Shown: positions 1-6,117 of the stretch, in pieces
How positions within the stretch are numbered: the stretch's first letter is position 1
How the letters are laid out: each line of letters opens with the position of its first letter
NCBI GenBank assembly: GCA_964556485.1
Contig: CAZKVV010000002.1
Span: 10,291-74,290 of the forward strand
Length of the DNA: 64,000 bases
From: an uncultured Pseudomonadales bacterium
GTDB lineage: Bacteria > Patescibacteriota > Microgenomatia > UBA1400 > PJMF01
Direction: 5' to 3'
The notes under the pieces: generated by a model
What the model was told of the DNA's origin: nothing
Seen by the model: only the letters and a program-made list of their open reading frames with translations
The model's database searches: none
Made by a program: the position numbers and the translations under genes

Positions 1-682
1 CATCTGCTAAGAACTCTCTTCTTCTTGAAATCGCTAACTGTATGAGTTTGGCAATAAGTGGTGAGAGTATCGCTAAGACTAAGCCAACTATCATTAAGAT
101 TGCATCCAGCTGGCTGCTTTCTCTACTTTCACGTTTTTGGCCACCAAGGAATCTTGAACGGAGCATGAAGTCAGACAACAAAGCGAGCATGCCAACAAGT
201 ACGCTGACGATCGACATCAGCCGAATATCATAATTCTTAATATGACTGAGCTCATGTGCAATAACGCCTTCAACTTCTGGACGAGAAAGGCGTGACAATA
301 TGCCGGTAGTACAGCAAATCACCGCATGTTCTGGATCTCTGCCAGTAGCAAAGGCATTCATTGCTGTGTCTTCAATTACGTACAACTTTGGTATTGGCAT
401 TTGTTGACTGTGTGCCAAGTTTTCGGCAGAAGTGTAGAAATCGAAATGATCTTGGCGATTGGCAGGTTTTGCACCAGAAATTGCCAACACTAGTTTGTCT
501 GACCACCAATACGAAGAAAATGAGGTGATTCCAGATATAATCAAGACTATTCCAACCATGCTGAGGTTGTAGCCAAAGCCTTCAGCCATTACCCAAGCTG
601 CACCAGTTACAAAAAGTGTAAACAGGAACACCACCACTAATGATTTTTGTTTATTTTGAGCAACTAATTGATAGTGGGTCAT
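1..682 (-). CDS. htpX: Zn-metalloprotease HtpX (M48 family), 3'-truncated by window edge
   Basis: Minus-strand translation from ATG at 680-682 gives MTHYQLVAQNKQKSLVVVFLF... with TM segments and the HEXXH motif HELSHI; frame stays open to position 1. Not in the ORF track because no stop falls inside the window. Confidence 0.75.
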   Translation of the reverse strand, partial: MTHYQLVAQNKQKSLVVVFLFTLFVTGAAWVMAEGFGYNLSMVGIVLIISGITSFSSYWWSDKLVLAISGAKPANRQDHFDFYTSAENLAHSQQMPIPKLYVIEDTAMNAFATGRDPEHAVICCTTGILSRLSRPEVEGVIAHELSHIKNYDIRLMSIVSVLVGMLALLSDFMLRSRFLGGQKRESRESSQLDAILMIVGLVLAILSPLIAKLIQLAISRRREFLAD

Positions 683-688
683 ACTTGG

Positions 689-1276
689 TTACAGCGTTAC
701 TTTTGGATCAGTCATATCAGCGTCTGAAACCTCAACATGCGCACCTGTTGTTGGGGTGGCTATACCCTTCTCAGGTTTGAATCCCATGAAGTTAGCAATA
801 AGGTTAGATGGAAACACAACCAACTTTTCGTTATATACCTGCGTGAGGTCGATCACTGTTCTACGAGCGTACATGAGTTTGTCAGCGGTGTCAGTGAGTT
901 CACTCATAAACTTCGAGATTGTTTGGTCAGATTTGAGCTCAGGATTATCTTCTACAGCAATGTTCATCTGAGGAACTAACTGGTTGATAGAAGCAATAGC
1001 TTTTTCAATATCTTGTGGATTTCCAGAGCTGCCGGCTACTTCTGCTGCTTTACGAGCATCGGTGAGCATTTTAAAAATATCTTTTTCTTGCTTGAGATGA
1101 CCTTTGACGGCTGCCTGTAGGTTTGGAATAAGGCTGGCTTGTCTTTTGAGTTGGTTGCCAATTTCTTGAATACTGGCAACAATTTGTGTCTTTAGTTTTT
1201 GCAGTGTGTTATAGATTGAAATGACGTACACAACAACCGCAGCTGCTACTCCTAAAAGAACAAGTGATGTTTGCAT
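689..1276 (-). CDS. lemA: LemA family membrane protein
   Basis: 195 aa with N-terminal TM anchor and LemA-like coiled region. Lies 6 nt upstream of htpX, the classic lemA-htpX pair. Confidence 0.75.
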   Translation of the reverse strand: MQTSLVLLGVAAAVVVYVISIYNTLQKLKTQIVASIQEIGNQLKRQASLIPNLQAAVKGHLKQEKDIFKMLTDARKAAEVAGSSGNPQDIEKAIASINQLVPQMNIAVEDNPELKSDQTISKFMSELTDTADKLMYARRTVIDLTQVYNEKLVVFPSNLIANFMGFKPEKGIATPTTGAHVEVSDADMTDPKVTL

Positions 1277-1383
1277 AAAACTCCTTTTTGTCTATTCTAC
1301 ACTAAGGTGCAAGTTTAGGCTGCAGTTGGCAAGTACCTGGTTGTGCAGTATAATTGTTCATCGTTGCTTTAATTCAAAAAAAT

Positions 1384-1456
1384 GGACCCGTGGTGTAGTG
1401 GTTAACATGCTTCCCTGTCACGGAAGAGATCGCCAGTTCGATCCTGGTCGGGTTCG
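1384..1456 (+). tRNA. tRNA-Asp (anticodon GTC)
   Basis: Cloverleaf by eye: acceptor GGACCCG/CGGGTTC, anticodon stem CTTCC/GGAAG with loop CUGUCAC (GUC), T-arm GCCAGTTCGATCCTGGT. No encoded CCA. Confidence 0.85.
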
Positions 1457-1464
1457 CAAAAAAT

Positions 1465-1494
1465 GGCCCTTCTGAAAAGAAGGGCCTTATTGTT
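1465..1494 (+). terminator. Rho-independent terminator after tRNA-Asp
   Basis: GGCCCTTCT-GAAA-AGAAGGGCC hairpin followed by TTATTGTTT. Confidence 0.6.
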
Positions 1495-1616
1495 TAGACT
1501 AACCTATTTTTTTTAATTTTTTCACAATGAACTTAAGGTTTTGTTGCAAATATTTAGTCCTATATTGTTTTTTCTTGTCAAATATGGTAAGATATTAGGG
1601 TTGTTTCAGTATGAAA

Positions 1617-1637
1617 ATTGTCAGATCTCCTGACAAT
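1617..1637. promoter_or_regulatory. Perfect 8-bp inverted repeat ATTGTCAG-N5-CTGACAAT, candidate operator
   Basis: Exact palindrome about 50 bp upstream of the ATG at 1688. An AAGGAG Shine-Dalgarno lies 7 nt before that ATG. Confidence 0.35.
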
Positions 1638-1687
1638 AATTCATACAAAATTACTGTTCATTCACAAAACACAAAAATCAAGGAGAA

Positions 1688-1957
1688 ATGATGAATTTTT
1701 TTTTGAAGTCTTCATTGAAGGACAAGGTGAAGCTGTTCTTTTTATTGAACATTTTTATCCTGTCGTTTGTTTGGGGATTGGTTGACCAACATTTTTACAT
1801 TTTGTTGGAATGGTATGTCAGGGGAGTTGTTATAATAACATTCCTTTTATTTATCACTGACAAGCCGGTACGCTTTTTCTCAACTTTTGTTTTAGGGGTA
1901 CTGACACTTGCCATTTTATTTCAGATTGTAGTGGGTCGAACGCCCTTGCCATTCTAA
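1688..1957 (+). CDS. Small hydrophobic membrane protein (89 aa), hypothetical
   Basis: Strong SD AAGGAG; two or three predicted TM helices; followed by a terminator. Confidence 0.55.
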   Translation: MMNFFLKSSLKDKVKLFFLLNIFILSFVWGLVDQHFYILLEWYVRGVVIITFLLFITDKPVRFFSTFVLGVLTLAILFQIVVGRTPLPF

Positions 1958-1975
1958 GTGAGATTTGTGAAAAAG

Positions 1976-2002
1976 ACCACCCTGCAAACGGGTGGTTTTT
2001 TA
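1976..2002 (+). terminator. Rho-independent terminator
   Basis: ACCACCC-TGCAAAC-GGGTGGT hairpin followed by TTTTTT. Confidence 0.7.
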
Positions 2003-2113
2003 TTGCTTTAAGCCTAGCAAATACCCTATAATATTTGATTTTATTCTTAATGCAAGATATAATCACCCTGGTTTATTTTATCGTTCTTTAAAACTTACCT
2101 TGGAGGCTCAAAA

Positions 2114-2530
2114 ATGGCATTTTTGGAAAATATTTTTTATCTCGTGATGATGTATGGTTGGCTATTGTCTTTTTATGTATTGATTGGGAATTGCATTCCC
2201 ATTTTTGGAAGGACAATTGAAAAACCTATTTGGGTGATAAGTCTAGGACCAATTATTATGATTGGTCTAGCTGTGTTATCAATACTTGGTGGAGCAGTTT
2301 TAGCGCTGCCAATTATTCTGATTATCAATCAAAAAATGATGATGGCATTCATAGTGTATGTCACCTTTACTTTGGTGGTGGCATCAAATCTGATTAAAAA
2401 ATTTGAAAAAATATTACCAAATTATTTTCTCAGAGTAATAGCGATACCAGCCGTTCTGGTGGTATCTGGAATTATGCTCATGATACTAGGAGCATTAATG
2501 CTCCTGCCATTCATCGTTTGGGCGCTTTAA
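2114..2530 (+). CDS. Polytopic membrane protein (138 aa), hypothetical; paralog of the next gene
   Basis: About 4 TM helices. N-terminus YLVMMYGWLLSFYVLIGN aligns with VAVMYAWLLFLYVLVGN of the 2556 ORF. Confidence 0.6.
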   Translation: MAFLENIFYLVMMYGWLLSFYVLIGNCIPIFGRTIEKPIWVISLGPIIMIGLAVLSILGGAVLALPIILIINQKMMMAFIVYVTFTLVVASNLIKKFEKILPNYFLRVIAIPAVLVVSGIMLMILGALMLLPFIVWAL

Positions 2531-2555
2531 CTAAAAAATCAAAAAGGAGAAAAAA

Positions 2556-2966
2556 ATGATTGAGATATTGCTTTTTGTTGCTGTGATGTATGCATGGCTG
2601 CTGTTTTTATATGTGCTAGTTGGGAATAGGATTTTTGTAAATGGGAAACCTTTCACTCACCCAATTTTAGTTGTGTTGGCAGGTCCAATCATAATGTTTG
2701 TGATTGGTGTCGTATTTGTGATTATTGGAGGGCTGTTTGCGTCTCCAATTATTTGTTTCTTTTTTGAAAAAACATTTTTTGCAGCGGTGGCCTATGTACT
2801 ATTGGTGATCATTTCTGTAACTGCGCCCCTCAACTTCAATGGGAAAGTTCTGAAAAACATTTACGTTAGAATCCTGTTTGGTCCCGGATTGTTTATGATC
2901 ATAGGACTATTGTTTTTAGCAGGTGGCTGTTTTGTTCTGATGCCACTTCTTGCAGGATTTATGTAG
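2556..2966 (+). CDS. Polytopic membrane protein (136 aa), tandem paralog of 2114..2530
   Basis: Similar length, topology and conserved N-terminal motif; SD AAAGGAGAAA upstream. Confidence 0.6.
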   Translation: MIEILLFVAVMYAWLLFLYVLVGNRIFVNGKPFTHPILVVLAGPIIMFVIGVVFVIIGGLFASPIICFFFEKTFFAAVAYVLLVIISVTAPLNFNGKVLKNIYVRILFGPGLFMIIGLLFLAGGCFVLMPLLAGFM

Positions 2967-2983
2967 AAAATAAAATAGACTAA

Positions 2984-3009
2984 GCCACCCGAAAGGGTGG
3001 TTTTTTTTA
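2984..3009 (+). terminator. Rho-independent terminator
   Basis: GCCACCC-GAAA-GGGTGGT hairpin followed by TTTTTTTT. Confidence 0.75.
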
Positions 3010-3075
3010 TGGAGAATGGTCCTAGAATGCTCTCCTGGGAATCTGCGCTCAATTGCAGTAAAATGCCATCAGCAT

Positions 3076-3150
3076 GCGGGCGTCATATAACGGCTAATAT
3101 GCAACCTTCCCAAGGTTGAAACGAGGGTTCGACTCCCTTCGCCCGCTCCA
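3076..3150 (+). tRNA. tRNA-Gly (anticodon CCC)
   Basis: Acceptor GCGGGCG/CGCCCGC, anticodon stem CAACC/GGTTG with loop UUCCCAA, T-arm GAGGGTTCGACTCCCTT, discriminator U and encoded CCA. Confidence 0.8.
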
Positions 3151-3193
3151 GATGTGACAGAAAATTACATAAAGTTACCACTAATTTGCATAA

Positions 3194-3661
3194 ATGGATA
3201 ATTTGTTAAAAAAACAAGCTGAATTGCAAAATCAGGCTTTTGAAGTCGTTGAGAAGTTAAAGCTTAAAGAAGTATTGAATAAATATGGAGAGTTTGAACT
3301 GGTGGGCAGTATTGAATACGGTTTGATGACTTGGAGGGATATTGACGCAAATCTGATTATGGAAAATGATCCTGAAGATGATGAGTTCTGGGAAATTGTC
3401 AAACAGTTTTTTGCTTCTCCTCAGGTTAATCTACTAACAATTGTAGATAACAGAAATCAGACAGAAGAAAATAGGCCTAAAAGTATGTATATAGGCATTA
3501 AACACAAAGATGAAGAAGGTGAAGTTTGGAAAATAGACTTAAGATTAATTGCGAGGGATCAGGTAACAACCGATAAAATAACAAAATTAATTAACAAAAA
3601 GATTGCAGAAGAAACGAGAAAAATTATCTTGAAAAAGATTCAATTCCAATATGTTCTTTAA
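3194..3661 (+). CDS. Minimal nucleotidyltransferase (Pol-beta superfamily, MNT/ANT-like)
   Basis: 155 aa; the motif GSIEYGLMTWRDIDANL matches the GS-x9-13-D-x-D nucleotidyltransferase signature. Confidence 0.55.
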   Translation: MDNLLKKQAELQNQAFEVVEKLKLKEVLNKYGEFELVGSIEYGLMTWRDIDANLIMENDPEDDEFWEIVKQFFASPQVNLLTIVDNRNQTEENRPKSMYIGIKHKDEEGEVWKIDLRLIARDQVTTDKITKLINKKIAEETRKIILKKIQFQYVL

Positions 3662-3662
3662 G

Positions 3663-3742
3663 AAGCTGAAGCTGAAGCTGGAGTTCAAGCTTAGACGTAA
3701 CTAGAGATCTTAGGTTCGAGCTGAGTACCGTCCCCAGCTCCA
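3663..3742 (+). repeat. R1: ~80-bp intergenic repeat with GAGCTG-N11-CAGCTC hairpin and a tRNA-3'-end-like GGTTCGA...CCAGCTCCA
   Basis: Aligns base by base with 5272..5348 and partly with 4272..4310. Its 3' flank (AAAGTGATAGAAATAAACAGAAAATTACATTAAG) also resembles the sequence just 3' of tRNA-Gly (GATGTGACAGAAAATTACATAAAG). Confidence 0.7.
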
Positions 3743-3835
3743 AAAGTGATAGAAATAAACAGAAAATTACATTAAGTGACACAAAATATATCAAAAAAAG
3801 CGGGTAAATACCCTGTTTAATTTGATTATCGAAGT

Positions 3836-3955
3836 TTATTTGCTTGATATGCGAATGAAGGAAATGTTGTTGACTAATTTTCTCACCTCCTCAATCTGGT
3901 CGTCTGGAACTTCGGAGTAATCATCATCGAGCCAAGCGAGTTGGGTAGGGTTCAT
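3836..3955 (-). CDS. Small acidic hypothetical protein (39 aa)
   Basis: MNPTQLAWLDDDYSEVPDDQIEEVRKLVNNISFIRISSK; good RBS GGAAGGA 5 nt upstream of the ATG, with a hairpin CGGGC-N8-GCCCG just before it. Not in the track (<60 aa). Confidence 0.3.
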   Translation of the reverse strand: MNPTQLAWLDDDYSEVPDDQIEEVRKLVNNISFIRISSK

Positions 3956-4076
3956 GTTTCCTTCCTCGGGCGAGGGTTAGCCCGTAATATACCAATGATT
4001 ATCCTTAGCCGTTTGGTGAAATTAATCATTAATATCATTATATGCACCGGCTATTTGTTCGGGAGTCAAAGAACCT

Positions 4077-4290
4077 AGCGAACATTGAGAACGAGCAGTA
4101 TGATATTCCAAAAACGATTTATCAACAATATTTCAAAAGTATTTCCGGCATGATGCAATATTGTATCATTTATGATGATACTGTCATAATAATTAATACC
4201 CAAATGTTTTTTAACTCCTAAAGTTGTACAATAACGTCGTAGGTGAGAAGTTCTTGTAAAATGATTTTTTTGCTGAGTACCGTTACCAGC
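4077..4290 (-). pseudogene. Degenerate ORF fragment without start codon
   Basis: Minus-strand frame reads ...NHFTRTSHLRRYCTTLGVKKHLGINYYDSIIINDTILHHAGNTFEILLINRFWNIILLVLNVR* with no ATG. Looks like the C-terminal remnant of a decayed gene. No family recognised. Confidence 0.2.
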
Positions 4291-4310
4291 TCACAAAGTG
4301 ATAGATATAG
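4272..4310 (+). repeat. R2: partial copy of the island repeat (GCTGAGTACCGTTACCAGCTCA + AAAGTGATAGATATAG)
   Basis: Shares the hairpin loop AGTACCGT and the downstream AAAGTGATAGA box with R1. Confidence 0.6.
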
Positions 4311-5227
4311 ATATATACAGTAATTTACTTAAAAATACAAAAATGACTGAAGCACAAATTGATTTCTCTTCTCTTATTTCTCAAGCTACTGAAATGGCTT
4401 CAAAAACACCTAAAATTTCGTCAATAGAACCAGATACTCGTTATTTGGAAAATATTTCAGGTTTAACAAACAGAATTGAAGCAGTAATGGCTGAACATTT
4501 TGGAGCTGAGTTACCTGTTATTCACTTCACCAACGCAGAAGTAGGTCCTCAACTAGATAAACTTGTAAGCACTGGTTTTCTTGAAAAGTTTTCAGAAGAA
4601 GGTTCAGTCAAGAAAGTTCATGTAGGGGCATTTAAAAAACAGGATAAGGTCAGAGGTCCATTTATTGATATCATGTTGGGAACCGATAATTTATCCACAG
4701 TGCTAAAAAAATTGCGGAAAATAACTGAGCAGTTTTATCATCATGGCTTAAGGACGAACAAAAACCAACTTGGAAATGCTAGAGGTGCAGCTTTTTCTCT
4801 ACCCGCAGCAATTGTCATGGAAAAGCCTGACAAATTAGATAGGGGCACCGACAATTACGATCACTGGATTACAAGAGATCCTCAGGGAAAAGAAAAAATT
4901 TTAGCAATAGTTAAGTTTAATCCTCGCAGAGCAGCAAATTGGGTAACACTAGACAGGACTGAAAGAAACGATATATTAAAAATGATAATTCATGGTATGG
5001 GTACTCAAAGGTTACAGCGAATTAGCCAAGCTTATGCTGAAGAACAAAACCTTCAAAGGAAAGGCGATTTAGCACTATACGCTCATGATCTCGTGGATAC
5101 GTACTTAGTCAATAGTGATGAGTTTGACTCCCTGTTTACAGATCTTCCCGATGACATAAGAAAATCTATTGATGAAAGAAGAAAAAAGTATAGCTTGTTC
5201 CAAAAACATGAAGAACAATCTGTTTAA
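4298..5227 (+). CDS. Hypothetical protein (309 aa; true start possibly the ATG at 4343, MTEAQ...)
   Basis: Long ORF, soluble, no recognisable motifs. Its first 15 codons overlap repeat R2, so the downstream ATG is the more likely start. Confidence 0.55.
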   Translation: MIDIDIYSNLLKNTKMTEAQIDFSSLISQATEMASKTPKISSIEPDTRYLENISGLTNRIEAVMAEHFGAELPVIHFTNAEVGPQLDKLVSTGFLEKFSEEGSVKKVHVGAFKKQDKVRGPFIDIMLGTDNLSTVLKKLRKITEQFYHHGLRTNKNQLGNARGAAFSLPAAIVMEKPDKLDRGTDNYDHWITRDPQGKEKILAIVKFNPRRAANWVTLDRTERNDILKMIIHGMGTQRLQRISQAYAEEQNLQRKGDLALYAHDLVDTYLVNSDEFDSLFTDLPDDIRKSIDERRKKYSLFQKHEEQSV

Positions 5228-5271
5228 ATTTGAGAGAAATTTTTAATATGGAGATGCTCTTTAAGAGCATT

Positions 5272-5348
5272 AAGCTGAAGAGCAAGATCTGGTGTGATAT
5301 AGCCATCTAGGCCAAATAGGTTCGAGCTAAGTACCGTCACCAGCTCCG
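5272..5348 (+). repeat. R3: second full copy of the ~80-bp island repeat
   Basis: AAGCTGAAG...ATCTAGG...GGTTCGAGCTAAGTACCGTCACCAGCTCCG, collinear with R1. Confidence 0.7.
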
Positions 5349-5383
5349 TAGTTCGTATCTAAAATAGAGTACTAAACTCAACC

Positions 5384-5980
5384 ATGAAACATCACAACGT
5401 TGCCCAACTTGTACAAAATGCATATGCCAACTCAAATGAAGATTTTGGTAAATGGATGTGGGAAAACCATCTGCAGTTAGTTGCGCGCAAAGCCGAAGAA
5501 CTTGCTCAAAACCACAATGCAAATGTTGATTTAGCTGTAGCTGGCGCGTGGCTCCATGATTTTGGCGATGCGTTTGTTCATAGACATTCGCAGTTACATG
5601 ATCAGATTTCAGCCCTTGAAGCTCAAAAAGTTTTAGAAGAGGCTGGATACGCCAAGGCAGAGATAACTGAAGTTTTGGAAATAATCATCAAACCACATTC
5701 CTGTAAAGATGGCAGTTTTCCAACAACCGTTGAAGGCAAAATTCTAGCAACTGCAGATGCGTATGCTCATTTGATGACAGATTTTTATCTGCAATTTACC
5801 TGGAAGCATTTGCCAGATAATAAATCGTATCTCGAGTTTATTGATTGGGTGCGTGAAAAACTCAGACGTGATTTTAATGACAAGATTTTTTTTGAGGAAG
5901 TTTCTCAAGCAGTTGCATCTCGTTACGAATCACTTTTAGAAGTGTATACTACTCAAAACTCAAGCAATTTGCCGAGATAG
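5384..5980 (+). CDS. HD-domain metal-dependent phosphohydrolase
   Basis: 198 aa; H...HD motif in AGAWLHDFGDAFVHRH and a later conserved D, typical of small HD hydrolases. The last 10 nt overlap tRNA-Thr. Confidence 0.6.
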   Translation: MKHHNVAQLVQNAYANSNEDFGKWMWENHLQLVARKAEELAQNHNANVDLAVAGAWLHDFGDAFVHRHSQLHDQISALEAQKVLEEAGYAKAEITEVLEIIIKPHSCKDGSFPTTVEGKILATADAYAHLMTDFYLQFTWKHLPDNKSYLEFIDWVREKLRRDFNDKIFFEEVSQAVASRYESLLEVYTTQNSSNLPR

Positions 5981-6043
5981 CTCAGTTGGTAGAGCAACGG
6001 TATCGTAAACCGTGGGTCAGGGGTTCGACTCCCCTTCTCGGCT
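5971..6043 (+). tRNA. tRNA-Thr (anticodon CGT)
   Basis: Acceptor GCCGAGA/TCTCGGC, D-arm GCTCAGTTGGTAGAGC, anticodon stem ACGGT/ACCGT with loop AUCGUAA, T-arm AGGGGTTCGACTCCCCT. Confidence 0.85.
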
Positions 6044-6117
6044 CAGAATATGAGCTTTTTACTTTTATGATTAAACGCCCTACACTTACTATTGCTATAT
6101 AATTTTGTTGATATTCT

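Noticed and set aside
42-233. 63-aa plus-strand ORF at the window start
   Set aside because: Lies antisense inside the well-supported htpX coding region; low-complexity product; no RBS.
3663-3742. Interpreting the island repeats as complete tRNA or tmRNA genes
   Set aside because: Only the 3' T-arm/acceptor-like portion is present. I could not fold a D-arm or anticodon arm upstream, and no GGGGCTG tmRNA 5' end was found.
3076-6043. Integrase or transposase gene within the tRNA-bracketed island
   Set aside because: No ORF with tyrosine- or serine-recombinase or DDE motifs was seen. Only a start-less ORF remnant is present, so mobility is inferred from repeats and tRNA context only.
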